DNA of 27,033 nucleotides. Source: a virus. Its lineage: Duplodnaviria > Caudoviricetes. Below, one piece after another: positions 16,418 to 22,980 of the stretch. Under the pieces are notes generated by a model. The model was not told the origin of the DNA. It worked only from the letters and a program-made list of their open reading frames with translations, and searched no databases. The translations under genes were made by a program, and so were the position numbers. The stretch's first letter is position 1. Every line of letters begins with the position of its first letter. The DNA is taken from IMG/VR virus record IMGVR_UViG_3300037045_000076, positions 1-27,033 of that record; one strand, given 5' to 3'.

Positions 16418-17704
16418 ATGAAACTCGACCGCCTGGTCCGCCTGATCAGTCAGCAATGGGCTATCGAATCGGAGGTGTTGGAAAACTGGTGTCAGATCCT
16501 CGACGCCAAGCTTTCCGGTCTCCCGCTTCCGGATCACCTCCTGGCCACCGAAGAAAGAATCGCCGCTGGCCGCTCCGGATCCAGAAGCGATGACGACCTG
16601 TTTATTCGCGACGGAAACATTGCCATCGTCCCGGTAGTCGGCACCCTGGTCAAAGCCAATACCCTCTTTTCCTGCGACGCTACCTATGGCGATTTGCGCC
16701 GGGCCGTATCGGCCGCCGAGAAAGCTAAAGGGATCGACGCCATTATTCTTGATGGCGACACTCCCGGCGGTACCGTGGCAGGCGTGCAGGAGGCCGGTGA
16801 TTTTCTCGCCAAGGTTGGCCAACGAAAACCCCTCTACGGCTGGGTGGATGACCTGGCGGCCTCGGCCGGTTATTGGCTCCTGTCTCAAACCCGCATGATC
16901 GGAGCGCACGCCGCCGCCGATATCGGCTCTATCGGAGTCCTGACCGTCCACTATGACCGATCCGGACGCGACGCGCAGAATGGCGTCAAGCGCACCGTGC
17001 TTGCCGTGGGTGATTACAAAGCAGCGGGCAACGATACCGCCCCGCTTACCACCGACGAAAGATCCTACATCATGGACCGGCTTGACCAGACCTACGGCCT
17101 CTTCATTGCCGCCGTCGGCAAGGGCCGCCCGCAACTCTCCGCCGAGATGATCCGTGAGATGCAGAGCCGCGTTTATAAATCCGCCCAGGCCCAAAAACTG
17201 GGCCTCATCGACCACGTCATGGGACGTGATGAATATATCGACTATATCAAACAACAGACCAGAGGGGCGGTCACCGTCCCGGTAAAAGGAGTAAGAGCCA
17301 TGAATATCGATGAACTCAGAGCGCAGCATCCCGACCTCGTCTCTCAGGTTGAGGCCGCCGCTCGCGAAGGAATGATCTCCCGTGCCGAGCACGACACCGC
17401 CTTGACCGTTGCCAGCACCGAAGCGACCGAGACGAGCCGCTCCTCGGTGCTTGCCCTGCACTCCGCAATTTTCGGCGAGGAGGCCGCCGCCCGCTTCTCG
17501 GCGGCAGTCGAAAGCGGCATCACCGCCGACCAGGCCAAAGCGCTTGGCATTACCGCCGAAACCGGTGACGCCGCGAGCCGCACCGCCATCCTGGACGGCA
17601 TCACCGCAGCTGCGGCGCAGGGCCTCAGACCCGGCCAGATCGTGCAGCAGCAAGTAGCCGCCATTGATACCTCGGCCATCTACGCGAATCGACAAGCAAG
17701 GTAA
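16418..17704 (+). CDS. Head maturation protease, S49 family (lambda gpC-like), with C-terminal scaffold domain
   Basis: IAIVPVVGTL, DTPGGTVAG, AASAGYWL (catalytic Ser), IGSIGV, GDYKAAG, GLIDHV. Confidence 0.92.
   Translation: MKLDRLVRLISQQWAIESEVLENWCQILDAKLSGLPLPDHLLATEERIAAGRSGSRSDDDLFIRDGNIAIVPVVGTLVKANTLFSCDATYGDLRRAVSAAEKAKGIDAIILDGDTPGGTVAGVQEAGDFLAKVGQRKPLYGWVDDLAASAGYWLLSQTRMIGAHAAADIGSIGVLTVHYDRSGRDAQNGVKRTVLAVGDYKAAGNDTAPLTTDERSYIMDRLDQTYGLFIAAVGKGRPQLSAEMIREMQSRVYKSAQAQKLGLIDHVMGRDEYIDYIKQQTRGAVTVPVKGVRAMNIDELRAQHPDLVSQVEAAAREGMISRAEHDTALTVASTEATETSRSSVLALHSAIFGEEAAARFSAAVESGITADQAKALGITAETGDAASRTAILDGITAAAAQGLRPGQIVQQQVAAIDTSAIYANRQAR
17300..17704 (+). CDS. Nested in-frame scaffolding protein (Nu3-like)
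   Basis: Internal AAAGGAG (17285-17291) precedes in-frame ATG17300; the product MNIDELRAQHPDLV... is Ala-rich and helical. Confidence 0.7.
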   Translation: MNIDELRAQHPDLVSQVEAAAREGMISRAEHDTALTVASTEATETSRSSVLALHSAIFGEEAAARFSAAVESGITADQAKALGITAETGDAASRTAILDGITAAAAQGLRPGQIVQQQVAAIDTSAIYANRQAR

Positions 17705-17709
17705 ACAAA

Positions 17710-17770
17710 GGATGAAGGATGAAGGGTGAAGTTTTTTCATAATTCATACTTCAAAATTCATAATTCCAAA
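17710..17770. repeat. Opposed heptamer arrays (GGATGAA)n / (TTCAWAM)n
   Basis: ggatgaa ggatgaa gggtgaa gtttt ttcataa ttcatac ttcaaaa ttcataa ttccaaa. Confidence 0.85.
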
Positions 17771-17787
17771 AAAAAGGAGTACCGAAC

Positions 17788-18435
17788 ATGTCCCCAGTAA
17801 TCAGCGAAGGCCGCTATCGCGGCGAATTTCTCTACAGCGAAGCGTGCGGAACCCGCTCGCTGGAGACTGTCATCATCGATACAGGCGATTTAGCCGCGGG
17901 TACCGTACTCGGCCAGATCACCAAAGGGGCCGCAACCGGAGCGGCCGTGGTCGGCGGTACCGGCAACGGTACCATTACCGCCGCCCCGGCCGTGGCAGCT
18001 GGCGCTAAAGCAGGCGTTTACCGCGCTGTCTGCATCGAACCGGCGTCAAACGCCGGTAAGTTCCTGGTCACCGACCCTGACGGCATCAACCTCGGCGTGG
18101 CCACCGTGGCAGTCGAGTTTGTCGGCGGCGGACTCACGTTCACTATTGCCGACGGCAGCACCGACTTCGCTTCCGGCGATTCCTTCACGGTCACCGTGGC
18201 CGCAGGTTCCCTGAAATACGTTGCCTACGACCAAGACGGTGTAAACGGCACCGAGATCGCCGCCGGTATCCTCCTCGACAACGTCGACGCCACCTCAGCC
18301 GACGTGGAGGCCGTCATCGTAGCCCGTGACGCCGAAGTAAACGGCAGCGAAATCACCTGGCCGGCGGACATCGAAGCCGGAGAGAAAACCGTCGCCATCG
18401 CGCAGCTCGCTACTCTCGGCATCATCGTCAGGTAA
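17788..18435 (+). CDS. Head decoration protein (lambda gpD-like) with inserted beta-rich domain
   Basis: FLYSEA..RS.E, LAAGTVLGQIT, and after the insert YVAYD..G.EIAAGIL..VARDAEVN..LATLGIIVR; located between protease and capsid genes. Confidence 0.85.
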   Translation: MSPVISEGRYRGEFLYSEACGTRSLETVIIDTGDLAAGTVLGQITKGAATGAAVVGGTGNGTITAAPAVAAGAKAGVYRAVCIEPASNAGKFLVTDPDGINLGVATVAVEFVGGGLTFTIADGSTDFASGDSFTVTVAAGSLKYVAYDQDGVNGTEIAAGILLDNVDATSADVEAVIVARDAEVNGSEITWPADIEAGEKTVAIAQLATLGIIVR

Positions 18436-18441
18436 AACAAA

Positions 18442-18508
18442 GGATGAGTTATGAAGGATGAAGGATGAAGTAAAAAACCTTTCATAATTCATAATTCAAA
18501 ATTCATAC
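18442..18508. repeat. Opposed heptamer arrays (GGATGAA)n / (TTCAWAM)n
   Basis: ggatgag ttatgaa ggatgaa ggatgaa, an 11-nt spacer, then ttcataa ttcataa ttcaaaa ttcatac. Confidence 0.85.
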
Positions 18509-18531
18509 TTTAAGAAAGAGGAGAAAGACAA

Positions 18532-19563
18532 ATGGGAGTCTTCGACGTATTCAATTCCGACCCGTTCAGCCTGGTGTCACTAACCGACGCCATCAACAAA
18601 GTTCCCTTCGTCCCCGGATATCTCGGCCAGCTCGGCATTTTCGAGGAAAAGGGTGTGTCAACCACTTCTGTAATGATCGAGGAAAAAGACGGCATCCTCT
18701 ACCTGGTTGAGAACCGCCCTCGCGGAACATCACCCCAGCAGAATCAAACCGGCAAGCGCAAGGCCAGATCCCTTGTCCTCACCCACCTGCCGACCGGCGA
18801 CCGGGTCATGGCCGACGAGATCCAGGGCGTGCGGGAATTCGGCAGCAACGACCAGGCCAAAGCCATCCAGAACGTGGTCAACGGCAGGTTCGCCACCATG
18901 TCCAACAGCCTCGATGCCACCCTGGAGCATTTGCGCATTGGGGCCATCAAGGGGACCATCCTTGATTCGGACGGCAGCACGGTGATCTACAACCTGTTTA
19001 CCGAGTTCGGCGTCTCTCAGGAGACGGAGGTTGACTTTGATCTCGACAACGCCAACCCGGCTTCAGGTATTGTGCGCAAAAAATGCGCCGGCATCATTCG
19101 CGCCATCGCCGTCAATCTCGGCGCCGTACCCTTCTCCGGCGTCGAAGCCCTCTGCGGCGACGCCTACTTCGATGACCTGATTGCCCATCCTGAAGTGCGC
19201 GCAACCTACCTCGGCCAACAGGAAGCGGCGGAATTGCGCGGCGGCTACGTTCAGGGCGGACAGGCATATGGCCGCGTTTCCTACGGCGGGATCAATTTCA
19301 CCAACTATCGTGGAAGGGTCGGTACTATCGACTATATCAACACCGACAAAGCTCACTTCTTCCCGACCGGCGTAACCGGCCTGTTCAAAACATACTTCGG
19401 CCCGGCCAACTACATCGAGACGGTAAATACCCTGGGGCTTCCCAAGTACGCGAAAGTCTCCCCGGATATGCAGTTCCAGAAATGGGTCGACCTCGAAGCG
19501 CAATCAAACCCGCTCCCCATTTGCACCAGACCCAAGGTGCTCATGATCGGCAAGCGAACCTAG
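18532..19563 (+). CDS. Major capsid protein (lambda gpE family)
   Basis: FSLVSLTDAINK.P, ADEIQGVREFG, TLEHLRIGAIKG.ILD.DG, LIAHPEVR, ETVNTLGLP.Y, QSNPLPICTRP. Confidence 0.93.
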   Translation: MGVFDVFNSDPFSLVSLTDAINKVPFVPGYLGQLGIFEEKGVSTTSVMIEEKDGILYLVENRPRGTSPQQNQTGKRKARSLVLTHLPTGDRVMADEIQGVREFGSNDQAKAIQNVVNGRFATMSNSLDATLEHLRIGAIKGTILDSDGSTVIYNLFTEFGVSQETEVDFDLDNANPASGIVRKKCAGIIRAIAVNLGAVPFSGVEALCGDAYFDDLIAHPEVRATYLGQQEAAELRGGYVQGGQAYGRVSYGGINFTNYRGRVGTIDYINTDKAHFFPTGVTGLFKTYFGPANYIETVNTLGLPKYAKVSPDMQFQKWVDLEAQSNPLPICTRPKVLMIGKRT

Positions 19564-19565
19564 TA

Positions 19566-19596
19566 TTGGGGCGGGCTTACCCCGCCCCAAACTTTT
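19566..19596 (+). terminator. Probable intrinsic terminator after capsid gene
   Basis: TTGGGGCGGG-CTTAC-CCCGCCCCAA, a 10-bp stem followed by ACTTTT. Confidence 0.75.
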
Positions 19597-19627
19597 AACC
19601 GCACCTTCTGGAACTTGCCGGGGTTTT

Positions 19628-19939
19628 ATGGATTTCACAACTGACATAGACATGCTGTTTGAAGAGTTTGCCGATGCAACCGCCACCATCGGCGCCGACT
19701 CAATCTCTGTCATATTCGACGCTCCCTACAAGGGCGTCAGCATTGAGACCAACGAGATCGAGGCCTACTCCCCGATGGCAACGGTTAAATCAACCGACGT
19801 GGCAGCCCTGTCCATAGCGCATGGTACCTCGATCATCATCAGCGGCGCACCTGGCGGAGAATATGACGGGACCTACACCGTCATCGGCATCGAACCCGAC
19901 GGCCAAGGAACAAAGAAACTCATACTCGAGAGTCAGTAG
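19628..19939 (+). CDS. Head-tail joining protein (lambda gpFII-like)
   Basis: EEFADATATI..ISVIFD..P.ATVKSTDV..HG..I.I..YTVIGIEPDGQG..LIL; follows the capsid gene. Confidence 0.8.
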   Translation: MDFTTDIDMLFEEFADATATIGADSISVIFDAPYKGVSIETNEIEAYSPMATVKSTDVAALSIAHGTSIIISGAPGGEYDGTYTVIGIEPDGQGTKKLILESQ

Positions 19940-19980
19940 GCAGGGAGTAGAAACCAGTAACCAGGGAATAGGAGCCATTC

Positions 19981-20262
19981 ATGTCCGAGCATATTCACCC
20001 GGAACCGTGCTCAGCGTATCACGCCAGTAATTGTGAATATGCCAATTCCGCCGCAGAGAAGGCAGTGAAAAAAACTTTCGCGATCCTCGGGGTGGATATC
20101 GAGCGCCCTGAGCAGGTGGCGGAGTTCCAGGACGCCCTCCGCTTCGGCAAAAAGCTCTTCAAGCTCGCCGATCACGGTGTGCTGGTTATGGTCGGAGCCC
20201 TGGCGCTCCTGTTCGTTGCCGCGGTGGTGGTCGGGATTAAAGTCAAGCTTCTGGGGTCGTGA
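19981..20262 (+). CDS. Small protein with C-terminal transmembrane helix (holin/antiholin-like candidate)
   Basis: AGGAG SD; C-terminal GVLVMVGALALLFVAAVVVGI. Confidence 0.7.
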   Translation: MSEHIHPEPCSAYHASNCEYANSAAEKAVKKTFAILGVDIERPEQVAEFQDALRFGKKLFKLADHGVLVMVGALALLFVAAVVVGIKVKLLGS

Positions 20263-20486
20263 TGGTCAAGTGTGAATTTTTAGAAGGCTGCCAAGTCTAC
20301 CAAAATGCCGGAGAGGCAGCATGCCGCAGGCACTTTTGTAACGACACCTGCCCCACACCGAAAGGAAAAAACAATGATAATCACGGCCCTGGGAGGATGG
20401 AACAATCTGGTGATTCTGCCGGATCCGGAACACAACCGACACATGCGGCGTGTCCGCCGAAGCCTCGGCGAAGGCGGAAGGCGTAA
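20259..20486 (+). CDS. Small Cys-rich hypothetical protein
   Basis: Overlaps the upstream stop; 5 Cys in the first 30 aa; basic tail. Confidence 0.45.
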   Translation: MMVKCEFLEGCQVYQNAGEAACRRHFCNDTCPTPKGKNNDNHGPGRMEQSGDSAGSGTQPTHAACPPKPRRRRKA

Positions 20487-20491
20487 GAAAA

Positions 20492-20761
20492 ATGGCTAAG
20501 ACCTGTTTTTTCTGTAAACCGAATAACCAGCATGTCTGCGACGGCGAGCATTGCGGCGGGTGTGTGGTCGGCCAGGATCCCCACGGGGACGTGTCCGCCA
20601 GAGCCTTGGTGGTGGAGGATGGCAAACCCAGCGAGCGGATGTATGACGGTAGACCATGGATACCAGGGGAGGTATTGGCGGAGGAGAAAGACGGTACCCC
20701 CAGTGAGGACACAAAACTTTCTGAAAGGATGATGCAAAATGCTGACGACACTCAAGAATGA
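20492..20761 (+). CDS. Small Cys-rich hypothetical protein
   Basis: MAKTCFFC..HVCDGEHCGGC; acidic C-terminus. Confidence 0.5.
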   Translation: MAKTCFFCKPNNQHVCDGEHCGGCVVGQDPHGDVSARALVVEDGKPSERMYDGRPWIPGEVLAEEKDGTPSEDTKLSERMMQNADDTQE

Positions 20762-21029
20762 ACTAATCAGAATCTGGCCGCTCCTGGCAATCATTGCCCT
20801 CGCCCTCGTGATACTCGGCGATGTGGCTCAATTGGCGGTACAGCTTTACCGCCTATCGATGGTGGCGCTGGTCCTGATCGCTGCCCACTTGATCCGTAAG
20901 GCGCTGTTCCCGTATCTGGACCTGAAAACATTTACCGGTAAAGCCAAGGAAACAGCATCCGGAGCGGGCATGGTTGTTCTGGCGTTGTTCGCCCTGTTGG
21001 CAGTCATTGTTTGCGTGGCGGTGCTGTAG
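20739..21029 (+). CDS. Putative holin (2/3-TM type)
   Basis: Three hydrophobic segments and the motif LIRKALFPYLDL; directly upstream of the endolysin. Confidence 0.8.
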   Translation: MLTTLKNELIRIWPLLAIIALALVILGDVAQLAVQLYRLSMVALVLIAAHLIRKALFPYLDLKTFTGKAKETASGAGMVVLALFALLAVIVCVAVL

Positions 21030-21685
21030 TGAGATATCTGCTCTTCGCCCTGGTGCTTATCGGCCTCCAGATATCGCCTGCAGCCTGTCTAGCTGCCCAG
21101 GTGAATATCTTGGCCAGGGCGCAAAAACATTTGCCGACCCTCTCGCAGATCACCGACCTCCACTGGCCCGACGCTCCGATGCGGGAAGTCATGGCCGGAC
21201 AGATCGAGCAGGAGAGCAGGTGGAACACGAAAGCCGAACTGAAAACCTCAAGAGAGTACGGCATCGGCCTGGCACAGATAACCGTCACGGAGCGATTCAA
21301 TAATTTTGAGGCGGCAAAAAGAATCTCCGCACTCAAGGACTGGCAATGGGAAGACCGTTTCAATCCGCGCTACCAGATGACCTACCTGGTTCTCACTGAC
21401 CGGGCCAATATTAGGGCTGTGAGCAAAATGTTCCTGGATGATGCAAATCGCTGGGCAGGAGCATTAGTGGCCTACAATGCCGGCATGGGCACGGTACTTC
21501 AGCGCCGAGCAATTGAGCGAGCCACTACCGGCCGGAATAGCGGTCTCTGGTTCAGTGGTCTCGACAAATATCGCATGGCCTACGAAAAACGGCTGCTTTA
21601 TGGACGTGACCTGGGCGAGCGCCGCAATGAGTATCCGCACCTTGTGATACGAGTCCGGGCGCCAAAATACCGGGGGATGTTGTGA
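21029..21685 (+). CDS. Endolysin, SLT lytic transglycosylase with N-terminal signal/SAR sequence
   Basis: QIEQESRWNTKA (catalytic Glu), GIGLAQIT, ALVAYNAGMG, ENxxY-like RNEYP; hydrophobic N-terminus from GTG21029. Confidence 0.88.
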   Translation: MRYLLFALVLIGLQISPAACLAAQVNILARAQKHLPTLSQITDLHWPDAPMREVMAGQIEQESRWNTKAELKTSREYGIGLAQITVTERFNNFEAAKRISALKDWQWEDRFNPRYQMTYLVLTDRANIRAVSKMFLDDANRWAGALVAYNAGMGTVLQRRAIERATTGRNSGLWFSGLDKYRMAYEKRLLYGRDLGERRNEYPHLVIRVRAPKYRGML

Positions 21686-22089
21686 TAACCGACTTGCTTA
21701 AATCATTTTCGGGGGCGGTAGCTACGTACCTTATACAGATCCTGCTTGGCATCATTGTCCTGCTGGCCATTTTCGCCGGTATCCAAACAGCCAGGCTTCG
21801 CTGGTCTGATAAAGACCTGCAGATAGTCCAAGCCAAAAACGAAAACCTCTCCACCGAGATTGCCGCACAAAATAAGGCAATCCAGCGGTGGCAAGAAGAG
21901 GGAGAGATGGCACGGCTGCAAGCCGAGGTGGCCCAGCAGGCCGCCGCCAAGGTGAGAGCCAAAAGCAACCGCCGAATTGCCAAGCTCCAGGCCGAACAGG
22001 TACCGACAGATTGCACCGAGGCAGCGCAATGGGCAGCAGGCAAAGCGGCTGAACTGACGAGGACATGGCAGGCGATCCCTGCTCCGTGA
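21682..22089 (+). CDS. i-spanin (Rz-like)
   Basis: N-terminal TM helix, long coiled coil (QNKAIQRW) and a Cys near the C-terminus; follows the endolysin. Confidence 0.75.
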   Translation: MITDLLKSFSGAVATYLIQILLGIIVLLAIFAGIQTARLRWSDKDLQIVQAKNENLSTEIAAQNKAIQRWQEEGEMARLQAEVAQQAAAKVRAKSNRRIAKLQAEQVPTDCTEAAQWAAGKAAELTRTWQAIPAP

Positions 22090-22116
22090 ACTGTGTCCGT
22101 GAAGGGCGAAGACTCT

Positions 22117-22278
22117 ATGGAAAATTTCAAGTGCGACGTAAGGCTCAACAATGAGCGGATAAAGAAACTACAAAAGCTCAGAGAATGGAGCGGCCTGGGC
22201 AAGCAGGCGATCTTTAACACGCTAATAGATCAGGCGTATGACAACGCGGCACGGACAATGGGAGCTACAAAAAAATGA
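22117..22278 (+). CDS. Small ribbon-helix-helix-like protein
   Basis: FKCDVRLNNERIKKLQKLREWSGLGKQAIFNTLIDQAY fits a beta-alpha-G-alpha pattern; stop overlaps the next start (ATGA). Confidence 0.55.
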   Translation: MENFKCDVRLNNERIKKLQKLREWSGLGKQAIFNTLIDQAYDNAARTMGATKK

Positions 22279-22607
22279 ACAACACGGAAGGCGGTTCAAT
22301 GTTCAAGGTTCAAAGTTCAAGGTTGAAAGGTATTTTCAACTCAAAACTCAAAACTCAAAACTCAAAACTGCTTTTAGTGTTTTTAGTGGTTTTTCTCGCC
22401 GCCTGCACCGCTCCAGTCGAGACACTGATCCCGACTGCTATCCCCTGCCCGCAGCCGCCAGCTCTGATCCGCCCGCACCTGGCCCTCCAGGATCTTCAGC
22501 CCGTGGCAGCGCCTTCCGAGGTGCTCCGGGCCTACGTCATCACCGTCGAGCAGCTCACGGGTTACGCCTGCGAGCTGGAAACAATTATCAATGGGTACAG
22601 GAGATAG
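22275..22607 (+). CDS. o-spanin (Rz1-like lipoprotein)
   Basis: Lipobox LLLVFLVVFLAA|C, Pro-rich mature part (IPCPQPP), C-terminal helix LTGYACELETII. Confidence 0.75.
   Translation: MNNTEGGSMFKVQSSRLKGIFNSKLKTQNSKLLLVFLVVFLAACTAPVETLIPTAIPCPQPPALIRPHLALQDLQPVAAPSEVLRAYVITVEQLTGYACELETIINGYRR
22295..22370. repeat. Heptamer arrays (TTCAARG)n and (AACTCAA)x4 inside the o-spanin 5' end
   Basis: ttcaatg ttcaagg ttcaaag ttcaagg ttgaaag, then four perfect AACTCAA copies at 22338-22365. Confidence 0.85.
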
Positions 22608-22610
22608 ACG

Positions 22611-22970
22611 ATGCAAAAACTAATCGAGGGTTATACCCGCCACTCATACTCCGGCATTATCGAAGTGGCATCAAGTATCACGCCGCTGGCAGCCGCCGCC
22701 GTTGATGTAGGCGAGTTTATCAATTGTTCCCAGTTCTCCCGCCTGCACGGCACCGTCTTCGCCGATCAGGGCGGCACCCTCAACATCCACTTCAGCGGCG
22801 ACGGGGTCAACATCGACTACACCCGGACCATCTCTGTCGGGGCCTCGGACAAGGTCAACTCAGCCTGGGACCAACTGGTGATTGCTCCCTATGTCAAGTT
22901 CGAATACATCAACGGCTCCACAATCCAGGGTGCGTACCGCTTCTACGCCTTTGGCCGGTCCATGAGCTAA
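22611..22970 (+). CDS. Small beta-rich putative virion protein
   Basis: AGGAG SD; alternating beta pattern ADQGGTLNIHFSGDG.N.D..YVKFEYING; immediately upstream of the DGR target. Confidence 0.65.
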   Translation: MQKLIEGYTRHSYSGIIEVASSITPLAAAAVDVGEFINCSQFSRLHGTVFADQGGTLNIHFSGDGVNIDYTRTISVGASDKVNSAWDQLVIAPYVKFEYINGSTIQGAYRFYAFGRSMS

Positions 22971-22980
22971 GGGGAAAGAG

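Noticed and set aside
16397-17740. Long minus-strand ORFs (447 aa here; also 10673-11548, 9761-10600, 4201-5046, 15361-16137)
   Set aside because: Antisense shadows of GC3-rich plus-strand genes, with no recognisable motifs.
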